Origin: Tubulanus polymorphus
Lineage: Eukaryota > Animalia > Nemertea
Direction: 5' to 3'
DNA: 64,000 bases
Assembly: GCF_964204645.1 (NCBI RefSeq)
Contig: NC_134031.1
Span: 10,230,001 to 10,294,000 of the forward strand
Made by a program: the position numbers and the translations under genes. Shown here piece by piece: positions 11,718 through 23,300 of this stretch; the stretch's first letter is position 1; every line of letters starts with the position of its first letter. Below the pieces are notes generated by a model. The model saw nothing but the letters and a program-made list of their open reading frames with translations, had not been told where the DNA came from and searched no databases.

Positions 11718-12822
11718 TTATTCTTTTAATTTTACTAGATAAAATCCATTCATTAAATTTATCATCATATCCTTTATATTTCCCCAGAGAATACTTTTTT
11801 CCTTTAAGAGTTTTTGTTTTCAATACTTTTTCTATTTTGTATTCTATTTCATCTGGATTTGGTACAAGTGATAATTCTTGTTCATAGAAATAACCTAATA
11901 TTTCTTCATCTTTTAGATCTTCTAGTTTATAAACAAAAGGTTTAGTAAATATTATCTTTATAATCTTGAATATTTTTTCAGTAAAATTAGGGGTATAACC
12001 TTTATAAAATGTTTTTCTATATTTAGATATTCTAACGTGTTGTCCAATTTTAAATTTAGGTTCTCCAAAATCATGTGTAACAAATGCTCCATATAAATTA
12101 TTCCAAACTATTTCTGAATTATCTTCTTTTCTAGCTTGTATAGGTTTCATATTTATAGAACTATGTTTAGAATTATTATAACCTTTCACTAAATCATCTA
12201 ACACATCGATATATTTATATGTTTCATTTGCAGTAAAATATTTCCACATTCTAGTTTTCAATGTTTTATCAAATCTTTCTATAATAGATGCTTTTTTATC
12301 CGAGTGTGTTGAAAAATAATCTACATCGTTATCAGATAATAGTTTTTTGAAATGTTTGTTATAAAATTCCTTACCTTCATCAAATTGTATCTTATCTGGA
12401 ATAGCTTCTTTAAATATTGATTGAAAAGCATTTGTTACTTCTATACCAGTTTTATTTTTGATTGGAATTGACCATGCGTATCTACTGAATATGTCTATAA
12501 CATTCAATATCCAGAAATATCCTTTGTTGTATTCTTCTAAGTTCTTCATGTCAATTAAATCTGCTTGCCATTGTTGATCGATATATGAAACCATAACTTT
12601 TCTTGTTAAATAAGTTTTATCCATTTTCTTGTGGATTTGATATGTTGGTTGATTTTGTAACCATGATTTTAATTCACTATATTTTATATCACCATGTGGG
12701 TGCCGTACGGCAGCATTTTCATTATCAGATTTAATTTCATTCCAAAATTCTGAAACGTTAGGATATGATACTTCACTTTCTGGGTTATAATATAACTCTC
12801 TTAAATATTGTTCTTTTTTCAT
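11710..12822 (-). CDS. Retroviral-like (rve) integrase with C-terminal chromodomain, Polinton A
   Basis: WQADLIDM, IDIFSRY, IQFDEGKEF and ASIIERF; C-terminal YKIEKVLKTK...KYKGYDDKFNEWI. Confidence 0.93.
   Translation of the reverse strand: MKKEQYLRELYYNPESEVSYPNVSEFWNEIKSDNENAAVRHPHGDIKYSELKSWLQNQPTYQIHKKMDKTYLTRKVMVSYIDQQWQADLIDMKNLEEYNKGYFWILNVIDIFSRYAWSIPIKNKTGIEVTNAFQSIFKEAIPDKIQFDEGKEFYNKHFKKLLSDNDVDYFSTHSDKKASIIERFDKTLKTRMWKYFTANETYKYIDVLDDLVKGYNNSKHSSINMKPIQARKEDNSEIVWNNLYGAFVTHDFGEPKFKIGQHVRISKYRKTFYKGYTPNFTEKIFKIIKIIFTKPFVYKLEDLKDEEILGYFYEQELSLVPNPDEIEYKIEKVLKTKTLKGKKYSLGKYKGYDDKFNEWILSSKIKRINE
12688..12716 (-). repeat. 29-bp GC-rich palindromic element, copy 1 (in-frame in integrase)
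   Basis: ATGCTGCCGTACGGCACCCACATGGTGAT, read as NAAVRHPHGD. Confidence 0.8.
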
Positions 12823-12829
12823 CTTATTT

Positions 12830-13799
12830 TAATCCATTAATAATAATTTAGATTTAGTTTCAATGGCTTTATGATTTGACTTATTTTCTGGTATAATAGG
12901 TTTATTATCATTGGAATCATCTTTATCATCAGATTTGAATTTTGATTTATATATTACACCGGACAATATAATAATTGTGATTAACCCAATTGTAATATAT
13001 AAGTAATTATTTCTTCCACTATTAGAAGAATCAGATATATTGTTATTTGAATCAATACCAGATAATTTCTGTGATTCATTTATATCAGTTAATTTATTTA
13101 CTTAGCTTTTTTTAATTCTGCAGATCTTTTACCAAATTCTCTTGCCCATTTAATTTGTTTTTCAGACCTAACCTTCTTCTTAACGCCATCACTCATTTAT
13201 TTTAGTTAATTTTTGTTCTGATTCATTTTCTGTTTCACCGTTTAAGTGTCGTACGGTGCCATCTGTTTCGTTCTTACCTGATTTATATTCCATAGGCTTG
13301 ATATTCGAAAATGTTATGAAACCAGTAGAAATTAATGTCATAACCGATCCTAATTGGAATGAAGCATATCCAACCCATTTCTGTAATTCAGTCATAACTA
13401 CGTAGCCATTTTTCAAATCACTACATAATTTATTTTCATCATCAATTGGTATTAACCAGTTACATAACTTAGAATAACATTTGACAATACCATCTGAAAT
13501 AGAATCATTTATTCGGGCTAATCTTGCCTCTTAATAAATCTTAAAATATTTTATTACTTTATCTGGTTTCATAGCATCTAATTCTTGAAAAGTGATTATT
13601 TTCCCGATAAACTGATTACATTTACCACTAGCAATTAGAAGAACTAAAGATGGTGTTTACAATATAAGTAGTATTCATAATCAATATTGTTATTAACTTG
13701 AATAGAATTAGAAACAACCGGTTCCTTATTATCACTTATACCCAAATCATCTAATGTTTTTACAATATTAATACTATTCTTACTCGATTTCTTTGACAT
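12830..13799 (-). pseudogene. Two frameshifted conserved Polinton genes (homologues of 17561-17929 and 17862-18468)
   Basis: Shared YEYYLYCKH...LIASGKC...VMTEL.KW.GY.SFQLG and KQI.W.R motifs; both start at TAAATG. Confidence 0.75.
13234..13262 (-). repeat. 29-bp GC-rich palindromic element, copy 2 (diverged, in-frame)
   Basis: ATGGCACCGTACGACACTTAAACGGTGAA, read as DGTVRHLNGE. Confidence 0.65.
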
Positions 13800-14208
13800 T
13801 TATATTAGAGAAATTTAATAAGAAAAATATTATAAGTATTATAAAATGATACTAGCTAGTTAAAGCTAAAGAATTTTTATTCGGATCTTATCAAAATCTA
13901 TTTAATCTAGTGTTAACAAGAATTGCAAAAGAAATAATAGATATTTAAAAAAAAATAAAATAGAAATAATAGCTAGTTGAAGATATGTAATTTTTATTAA
14001 ATTTTATTTGAATTATATTATTCTTTAACCGCTTAATAAAGATTCAATATATTGTTCATTATTCGGATCATTGTTCAGTTGATCAATGAATTTCTTTACC
14101 CTTGTTAACTGTTCTAAATATAACTGTAAATCTAGTTAATTAGATTAGATTTGATTTTCTTTCTTTTCAGGAGGTCTTAAATTTTTCCAATTCCAAATAA
14201 GTTTTTTA

Positions 14209-16670
14209 TTGATGAGATATAAAGGCGCAATACCATATTCATTCTATAAAAATCATAATGATTTCAATATAACTGAATTATTAAAAGAACAATTTTATGA
14301 TGAATTAAAAAATGAATATGTTAAAGATGAAGTTTATGATAGAACATTGAATATTTGGAATCATTTGAAAATAAAAAATCATGGACAATTAGTAGATTTA
14401 CATGACATAAATATGGCGACGTTGAGGAAAAAAATGTATGGTTTTGAACTACCTGGTGCCGCCATCTTGGAAATCAAATCGCCAAATCGCTCGCCGAGCG
14501 AGTTGGTCGATTTCAAAAATCGATCGAAAAATCGTGTTCGTAAAAACGCCGATCGTGAAATCGATCGCAAAAATCGGTGCTCGTAAATGCGTTCCTACGA
14601 CCGATCGGAAAAATCTGAGAATTATATATCTTTCCAATTTGGATGTCTAAGATTTATAGATTCATATAGATTTTTAAATCGTTCATTAGATAATTTATCA
14701 AAATCATTAGTTGATGATGAATTAAAACTATTAAAACAACACTATCCAAATAATGATTATTTTCAATTAATGAGATATAAAGGCGCAATTCCATATTCAT
14801 TCTATAAAAATCATAATGATTTCAATATAACTGAATTATTAAAAGAACAATTTTATGATGAATTAAAAAATGAATATGTTAAAGATGAAGTTTATGATAG
14901 AACATTGAATATTTGGAATCATTTCAAAATAAAAAATCATGGACAATTAGTAGATTTACATGACATAAATATGGCGACGTTGAGGAAAAAAATATATGGT
15001 TTTGAACTACATGGTGCCGCCATCTTGGAAATCAAATCGCCAAATCGCTCGTTATCGATCGAAAAATCGTGTTCGTTAAAACGCCGATCGTGAAATCGAT
15101 CGCAAAAATCGGTGCTCGTATATGCGTTCCTACGACCGATCGGAAAAATCGGATGCTCGTAAAAACGCCTCAGAGTTCATCTCGTGATACTATTTACGGC
15201 CTTAAAACGTTGTATTATTATACCAATTATTTTCGAATTAATTTAATTTTCAGAGTTACGTTTATACGCAATAAAACTTCGGTGATTTTCTGATTTTTTA
15301 CGAAAGCCAGTAGCACTGCCATCACTTAAGTAAACAAATTCAAATGAAATATTTGTAATAAATTGACGTTTTGATGGGCTCTAAAAAGGCTACGTTTTAG
15401 GATGAAACGGTCGCTGAAACGAAGTTCGTTTTTGCGCGGCGCAAAAACGAGAAATCACCGCGCTAAAACGCGCCAACACGGGCGCTAAAACGAAGTTCGT
15501 TTCTCTGCTCGTTTTGGCGCGTTTCTGCACGGTAAATTTCGTTTTTGCGCCACGCAGAAACGGACGCAGAAACGAAGCAATATATTTTTTTGCATGGTAT
15601 ATTGCACGGAATTTTTTTTAAAAATAGTTTCGGGTGTATTAGGTGATTTCAATGCAAATGATAACCCTGGATATAAGTTATTATATATAGATGCAAATAA
15701 TCTATATGGTTGGGCAATGATGGAGCCTCAGCCTTATGGAGTATTTAAAATTACTGAAGTTTTACAGTATGAAAATAATGATAAATTTGATTGGAAGAAA
15801 AGAATTCTAGATATTGCAGATGATTCAGATACTGGTTACTTCTTTGTTGTAGATTTGGAATATCCTGAAAACATTAAATTTAAATCAAGGAATCTAGCAT
15901 ACTGCCCCGAACATAAAACTGTAACACATGAAGAATTATCAAATTATCAAAAAAGAATTAAACCCGAAAATCGTATTCATACAGAAAAGTTAATGGTAAC
16001 TCAGGAAGATAAATATAATTATGTAGTACATTATAGAATGTTGAAGTTTTATTTGAATCAAGGAATGGTTATAAAAAAAGTACACAGATATATTTCATTC
16101 AGTCAATCTACATAGTTAGAAAAATATATAGATTTCAACACCAAACAGAGAACCAAACAGAGAACTAAAGCTAAAACTGATTTTGAGAAAGATTCCTTCA
16201 AGTTAATGAATAATGCATTCTATGGTAAGACTTGTGAAAATATCAGAAATAGAAATGATATTGAGTTAGTTAGTAATGGTAAAAGGATAAGGCATTTACA
16301 AACATATCCTAAGTTCATAGGTAACAGGATATTTGATGAAAATTTAGCTGCAGTTAAAATAAGAACTTCTATGAAATTTAATAAACCAATTTATGTTGGT
16401 GCTTCAGTTTTCGAAATATCAAAACTATTGATGTATGAATTCTATTATAACGTATTACAACCTCATTTTGGAGAAAAGCATATAGAAATATTATATTTTG
16501 ATACTGACAGTTACATATTAAAGATAAAAACTAATAACATAACAGATGATTTAAAAACATTAAAACATCATTTTGATATCAGTAATTATCCTAAAGATCA
16601 TGAATTGTTTAACAATGATAATAAAAAGGTGCCCGGTAAATTCAAAGATGAATTAGGAGGTGAAGAAATG
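14209..16670 (+). pseudogene. Protein-primed DNA polymerase B of Polinton A, 5'/central fragments, intein-less allele
   Basis: FIDSYRFL, YIDANNLYGWAM, KLMNNAFYGK, NKPIYVG and an uninterrupted YFDTDS (16494-16511). Also contains a stop, a duplication and a foreign insertion. Confidence 0.92.
14959..15627. mobile_element. GC-richer foreign insertion replacing part of pPolB A
   Basis: pPolB homology stops after GQLVDL and resumes at SGVLGD. The insert has AAAAATCG repeats and a palindromic AAACGAAGTTCGTTT/TTTTGCGC tract. Confidence 0.6.
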
Positions 16671-16738
16671 AGTAATTGGAAGATGTGGGTTTCAGATCAG
16701 AGGACGAGAGGACGAGACACCACTCATCACCACAAGTA
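16671..16738 (+). repeat. Left TIR of Polinton B
   Basis: AGTAATTGGAAGATGTGGGTTTCAGATCAGAGGACGAGAGGACGAGACACCACTCATCACCACAAGTA; exact reverse complement of 33189-33256. Confidence 0.96.
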
Positions 16739-17046
16739 ATAATTCAATTGAGTATGAGACACCACTCATCACAGCTAGGCTCTAGTGAGAACGGACGATT
16801 GCTCTGTGACACACATATACAGTGAGTGCGCGTAACAACAGCTGCGCGTGGATAGATCGATACAGTGAGTCTCTACTGAGAACGGTTATTAATGCGTGTG
16901 CTATTACTGTAGTACAGTGATTGCGTGTCAACTGTACCCGGATAAATAGATGCTGTGAGGCTTGGGTGAGAACGGTTAATAGCGTGCTTGTTATATAGGG
17001 GAAGTAATCCCCACTCATCACCACAAGTAATTTGTTTTCCTTATAA

Positions 17047-17369
17047 ATGGGAGATAGAAAAGCATTCTTAGCAACAATAAATAACAGAATAAAACCAGCA
17101 AAAAAACAATTTGAAATAAAAAAGTTAGTTGATGTTACAAAAGAAATTGAACATAAAATATTGAAATTAGAAAAGATAAAAACTAAATATGGAGAGAAAG
17201 TATCAGCGAATTTAAGCTACTGTAATGTTAGTACATCGCGAGAATTTAAAGTATTTTTACCTGATAAATGGGTTTCATTGAGTACAGAGGAAAAGATTTA
17301 GAAGGATTTAAAATAATCTATCATGGAAAAAATGAAGACGGCCATCATGATTTAGAAATTGTTGATTAA
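17047..17369 (+). pseudogene. Conserved small Polinton protein (homologue of 33644-34009), disrupted near the 3' end
   Basis: Shared T.KYG.K, F...LPD and GKNE.GHHD motifs; function not established. Confidence 0.7.
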
Positions 17370-17452
17370 ATTTAAAAAAAATAAATTAATAAAAATAATG
17401 AATATCTAGAATCCGAAATGACTTATCTGGACAATTTAATTGCTCCGCATAG

Positions 17453-17483
17453 ATGGTGCCATAAACGGCACCCACACAGTGAT
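17453..17483 (+). repeat. GC-rich palindromic element, copy 3 (between convergent genes)
   Basis: ATGGTGCCATAAACGGCACCCACACAGTGAT. Confidence 0.75.
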
Positions 17484-17560
17484 AGACAAAAGTAGTGAGA
17501 TATTCAATTAATATTCAATTAATTAAAAAAAATTACTTTTTTTGCTTTTTTTCTAAAATA

Positions 17561-17929
17561 TTAATCCATTTTTTTTATTATCAATTTTGGAATTTCAGAA
17601 GTATTTTCATTTTTGATAGCAGTTGTTTCAGAATTATTAATATCATGAATTTTATTTGATTTCTTATACCAACTACACCCAATCAAAATGAATACAATTA
17701 CAAATCCAACTGTGAAATATAGACATTTATCAAATATTCTATCATTAGAAGGAGTAGAAATAACAATATTTTCACTATTTTTATTAACATTTTTATTACT
17801 TATTTTTTCTTTTACAGCTTTTTTATATTCTTGTGATTTAATTCCTAATTGCCGAGACCATTCAATTTGTTTCTGTGATCTCGGTTTTTTCTTCACAGTT
17901 AATTCCTTCACTTCTTCCACCTCGCTCAT
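17561..17929 (-). CDS. Polinton small basic protein with one predicted transmembrane helix
   Basis: 122-aa ORF with TAAATG start and hydrophobic CLYFTVGFVIVFILIGCSW. Confidence 0.7.
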   Translation of the reverse strand: MSEVEEVKELTVKKKPRSQKQIEWSRQLGIKSQEYKKAVKEKISNKNVNKNSENIVISTPSNDRIFDKCLYFTVGFVIVFILIGCSWYKKSNKIHDINNSETTAIKNENTSEIPKLIIKKMD

Positions 17930-18468
17930 TTATTATAGAAATATTTTTACTTTCAATATTTGAAAATGTTATAACCCCAGTTGATAATAATGTCATAAAT
18001 CCACCTAATTGAAATGATAAATATCCAATCCATTTATTTAATTCAGTCATAACTAAATAATCATTTTTTAAATCGGAATATAATCTATTTTCATCTTCAA
18101 TTGGTAGTATATAATTACATAATTTACTATAACCTTTTACTACATTTTCTGATATCGCGTCATTAATTCTAGCTGTTCTCGCGTCTTCATAAATCTTAAA
18201 TAATCTAATAATTTCATCTGATTTCATTGTATCTAATTCATTATAAGTTAAATTTTTACCGACAAAATTTTTACATTTTCCAGATGCTATTAATATTTCT
18301 AATTGATGTTTACAATAAAGATAATATTCATAATTATCATTTGTTGTAACATTATTTAAAGCACCATCATCTGGAATTAATTTTGTTTCTGTTATTCCTA
18401 AATCATCTAAAGTTTTTTTCAGTTGGAACATCACCATTTTTCAATTTTATTTTCTTTTCACCTACCAT
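17862..18468 (-). pseudogene. Conserved Polinton hypothetical protein (frameshift near start)
   Basis: Homologue of 13189-13799; the TAAATG start at 18468 is out of frame with the 18437 ORF. Confidence 0.7.
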
Positions 18469-18499
18469 TTATATAACAAAAAAATTAATTGTGTTGTTG

Positions 18500-18770
18500 C
18501 AACTAGAATTCAACTAGAATGTAACTAGAATTCAACTAGATTAACAAGCTAGTTGAAATATTGTTGTTTTTGTTTATTTCTTGTTAAATCTAGTTGATTT
18601 TTGTTCCAACTACTAACAACTAGAATTCAACTAGAATGTAACTAGAATTAAACTAGATTAACAAGCTAGTTAAAATATTGTTAAATCTAGTTGATTTTTG
18701 TTCCAACTACCAATAACTAGAATTCAACTAGAATGTAACTAGAATTCAACTAGATTAACAAGCTAGTTGA
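18500..18770. repeat. Three blocks of 11-bp phased repeats (AACTAGAATTC/AACTAGAATGT)
   Basis: Blocks at about 18500, 18617 and 18714, immediately downstream of the ATPase gene. Confidence 0.85.
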
Positions 18771-18772
18771 AT

Positions 18773-21119
18773 TTAAATAAATTCATATTTAAATGGGTGT
18801 TGTAATCTAAATAGTAATTTTGATCTTTTAATATTTTTCTCCTTATCCATATATTCATTATGTAAATCATGCGGAATAATATCATTTTCCTCAAGTGCAT
18901 TTTTCATCGATTTTCTATCTTTATTGTAGAATAAAACTAGAAATCTAATTTTTTCTCTAAAGTCTTTAACAATTGAATTATATTTTTGATTTAAAACCCA
19001 AGTTGTTATCCCAAAATGTCTGCCAGAAAAAGCTAAATAACATAACTCACTTTCTCTAACTTTTGAATCATGTAGATTAGCACAATCATCTATAATGAAT
19101 AATGTATTTGATCCTTTATAAATATCAATTGCTATTTTAATACAATTATCTAAATTTTCTTTTACTGTTTTAGGATCTAATACAAGAGCCCCAATGGGCA
19201 CAATGGCCAGCCTGTCAGATTTGCTTTTTATAAATGATGTAATCTGTTGGTTATATTTATCAATATACACTCCCTGCTCAATATCATTTACATAGTAAAA
19301 TCGTGTGTTAACACAGACAGCAGGAACGAATGTAATATAGAAATACGAAGTTATTGTATTGTTCAACGCCCCCTGGTGGCCATATACAAAAACCAATGAG
19401 CTTGAAACTCACCAAGATCATAGACCATGTCATGAGCTACAACTTTCCAATTGATTGTGGTAGCAAAATATGCATAGGTACGAATGTAATATAGAAATAC
19501 TAAGTTATTGTATTGTTCAACGCCCCCTGGTGGCCATAAACAAAAACCAATGAGCTCGAAACTCACCTCGATCATAGAACGTCATGAGCTACAACTTTCC
19601 AATTGATTATAGTAGCAAAATATGCTTAAGTATCAATTATGATGTGGAAAAACTTTTTTCCACCTACGAATGAGTACTGATGACTCCAAGATGGCCGCCA
19701 AGTGCGTCGTAATTGCCTGGTCAAAAATACCCTCTCGGATATAAAAGATCCCTTTCCAAAGAATACCCATTACAAATTGCAATGAAACATGGCACACCAT
19801 TAGAAAGCTACAGTACTCAGAATTCAGGCCAAAATTGACATTTTTGGGAACAAAAAAGGTCACAGTACAGCCATCTTGAGCCCGATCGACCCAATTTTTC
19901 TCATGCCGATGGGCCCACGGGGGAAACAAATATATACGAATTATCAAGGTTATTGATAAAAGTGTCTTCAAAATTTCCCTCGAAAACTTCAAAAATGTGT
20001 AAAAAGTGCTGATTTTGGCGAACAACAATGGCTGCCAGTCGGCCATCTTGAATCTGACAGGGCCAGTTTTTGGCCTGAAGATGTGTCTAGGGTAGATACA
20101 CGTATAAACCAAATATCAAGACATTACCTTGAAGCCTCTTCAAAACTTTGGAACTCTCACGAACTATCTAGATGGTTATCTCTCGACCTCAATAGCTTCA
20201 AGACCCATCTCAAAACAACTTTGTTCCATGCAGCATACCATTAACTCTCGGAAAGCGAATTGTATTTAACATTTTTTGGCAGAATAAAATTTGATTGAAT
20301 TTGCAATATGGGCACATGGCTAATTAGCATATCAAGGTCATACACCCGATTTGGTAAAACCATTTTTTTCGCGAATCTTGCGCAATTGTCAAGGATGAAT
20401 TTTCTGTAGAGCAAATAAAAATTCCTCCCAAACACCAAATCAACTAAAGATTTCATAGAAATCGATCTTGAAATACAATTTTAAATCTTAAAATAAAACC
20501 CGGAAGTAAAACAGTAGACGATACCGCGGGTTCACGTGAACACCTGATTTCTGTAAACGAAATGTTGGTTGTGACAAAATTGTTCAGACGGTTTTAGGTG
20601 GTAATAAGTACGGAAACGTAACGACCATGGTCGACTTATTCGATGAAATCAGGCCTATGTGATATCCAAATTTTGACTTTTTTATTCTCCAGACCTCCCT
20701 GATATAGAAATAAAAAATTTTGGTGGTACGAAAGTGCAATCACAGCGCCGACGGGGACAGAGCCGTGTCAGAGATCGATTCGAGAATGGACTACGCTTAA
20801 ATACGTGATTTGTTCGAATATGCCCTCACTTGACAAGCAAAAGAGCCTTTTGTGTGGAAACCATGTCATTTAAATTCGCTCCATTTGTATAGTAATAGGC
20901 TCAGCCTACGGCTGGCCTAATAATAAATTTATTATTTCTAGTAATATTTCTATCATAAGTTTGATTAAATTCATATGTTGGGCAAAATAATACTATATTA
21001 TCAAAATAGTTTTCATAAACAGTTTCTAATAAATTTAATATAAAATAAGTTTTTCCACAATTTGTTATGCCAGATATTAACATATTATGAGGCTCAAATA
21101 TAAATAATTCTTTATTCAT
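18773..21119 (-). pseudogene. Packaging ATPase of Polinton B, split by a 1.7-kb insertion
   Basis: 5' part 21119-20919 (GITNCGKT ... NNKFII); 3' part 19181-18773 (LDPKTVKENLD ... FIIDDC ... SGRHFGI). Confidence 0.9.
19182..20918 (+). mobile_element. Helentron-like non-autonomous (possibly composite) insertion with ~154-bp internal repeats
   Basis: Starts ACAAGAG, ends with the hairpin GGCTCAGCCTACGGCTGGCC, and has no TSD. 19340-19920 matches 58580-59800. Confidence 0.65.
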
Positions 21120-22190
21120 TTATATATTTTTAATTTTACTTGTTAATATCCATTTATTGAATTTATCTGGCCATCCAACCCATTTTACTAAAGAATATTT
21201 TTTTCTTTTAACAGTTTTTGTTTTTAATACTTTTTCAATTTTATATTCTTGTTCTAGATTTTCAGTAGTTACACTTAATTCTTCTTCGTAAAAATACCCA
21301 TCAACTTCTTCACCATCTAAATCTTCTAATTTATAGACATATGGTTTTGTTGTTATTACCTTTTTTATTTTATATATTTCTCTAGTAAAATTTCGATCGT
21401 ATCCCTTGTCAAATATCTTTTTATACTTAGAAATTCTAACATTTTGACAAACTTTAAATTTAGGTTCAGCAAAATCATCTACAAGAAATGCTCCATATAA
21501 ATTATTCCAAACAATTTCAGCATTTTCAGGTTTTCTAGCATCAATAGCTTTCATTCCAATAGAAGAATGATAAGAATTATTATATCCTTCTATCAATTTT
21601 GGTAAAACATCAATCCATTTAAAAGTATTATTTGCTGTAAAATATTTCCACATTCTTGTTCTTAATGTTCTATTAAATCGTTCAACAACTGCTGCTTTAT
21701 CCGATTTTGTTGAAAAATATTTAATATTATGATTGCCTAAGAGTTCATGAACAAGTGAATTATCAAATTCTTTTCCATCATCAAATTGTATTTTTTCTGG
21801 TTTTAGTTTATCATCCGAAAGAAATTTTCTTAAAACATTTGATGTTTGTACAGCATCTTTTCTATAAAGTGGGAAACTCCATACATAACGACTAAAAATA
21901 TCAATTTTATTCAATAACCACCAATAATCATCATTACCTTTCTTAACATTTTTCATATCTATCAAATCTCCTTGCCACTGTTGATCTACATAACTTACCA
22001 TAGTTTTACGAGTTTTATATTTTCTAACAATTTTTTTATGCGTTGTATATGTTGGTTGTTCTAACATAAATTCATTTATATCTTTATATTTAACTAAATT
22101 GTGTGGGATTATCTTATCTAATTTATCTTGTTTTACTTTACTCCATATATTTTTGGTAGAAGAATAAGCAACCGAACTCTCAGGGTTGTA
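21120..22190 (-). pseudogene. rve integrase + chromodomain of Polinton B, extreme N-terminus deleted
   Basis: WQGDLIDM, IQFDDGKEF, AAVVERFNRT and SLVKWVGWPDKFNKWI. The frame extends upstream to YNPESSVAY, where it is fused to the MCP gene. Confidence 0.9.
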
Positions 22191-23280
22191 ATGAATTATC
22201 CTCTGTTGTTCTAAAATCTAACCATAATGCATATTTATTACCGGTATAATAATCAATTTGATTAATATTACAATTTTCAAATGATTTTACTTTTTCATTC
22301 ATAAAATGTTTTCTAATTTCTGGCCATTGATCAATCATTCTCATTCCTTGACAAAATATTTTATTTGCTATTCCTTCGATAGTTATTTCTACTTTTGTTA
22401 TTTCAGGATTATAATAATTATCAACCTTTATTGCGCCATTAGAATATGTTGCAATGGTAAAAAATATTAATATACCTTTAATAGATCTTCTTGGGAAGTT
22501 AATATTCTCATTAATTATTTCATCATTTGCATTAATAGTTACAGTTTTAAATTTATCAATATAATCATATAATAATGAAAATCCTTGATTGTATTGAGTT
22601 TGAATTGTGCTAGCAATATTTTCATTAGTTACTGTGTTATATTCTAAACATATATTCGATAATTTATAACCCATATCTTTAACAACGCTAGATAATAAAA
22701 TTTCATTAACAGGAGCAAATGTTATCTCAAATATAATATCTTCTTGAATTGCGTATTTATATAATGTTGCATTATTATTTATCAATTCAAAGTCTAATGG
22801 GATTTTATATTTGCTTCCATAAATCTTTTTAATCAAATTATCTGTGGCACGAGTTACTATTGCGTCATTAGCTCCTGATCTTAATTTATTATGGTTTTCC
22901 GATTGAATACCCTGAAATATCATATTATTTCTATTTTCTTTAGTTAACCATAAATCTTTATAATGCATAAATTAATTATAATCATCTAATGAGAAAACTG
23001 TTTCTGGACCAATCTTTATAGTTAATTTTTTAATCAAATATCTCCCAACATTATCAACAACATAATTGTTATCATGGCCAGTTACTTTTATATCAGCTGA
23101 TAAATAAATACTATTTAGAACATAAAAAGTATTTTGTGTTAATCTAGGAATTCTAACATATAAAGTTTCATCGGGATTAATATTTGAAGGATTATGTGTA
23201 ATTATATGATGTGATCTTTCTGCTTTAATAGCATTAGATATTCTAGAAATCTTAGAAGGACTTATATAACTCCCACTCAT
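22180..23280 (-). pseudogene. Major capsid protein (double jelly-roll type) of Polinton B; one internal stop, C-terminus deleted
   Basis: HHIITHNPSNI.PDETLYVRIPRL, NVGRYLIKK, YKIPLDFE, NICLEY and YALWLDFRT; colinear with 39057-40303. Confidence 0.82.
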
Positions 23281-23300
23281 TTATTTAACAAAAAAATTAA

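Noticed and set aside
19182-19396. N-terminus of the 207-aa ORF 18773-19396
   Set aside because: Read-through into an inserted repeat; the real ATPase 5' half is at 20919-21119.
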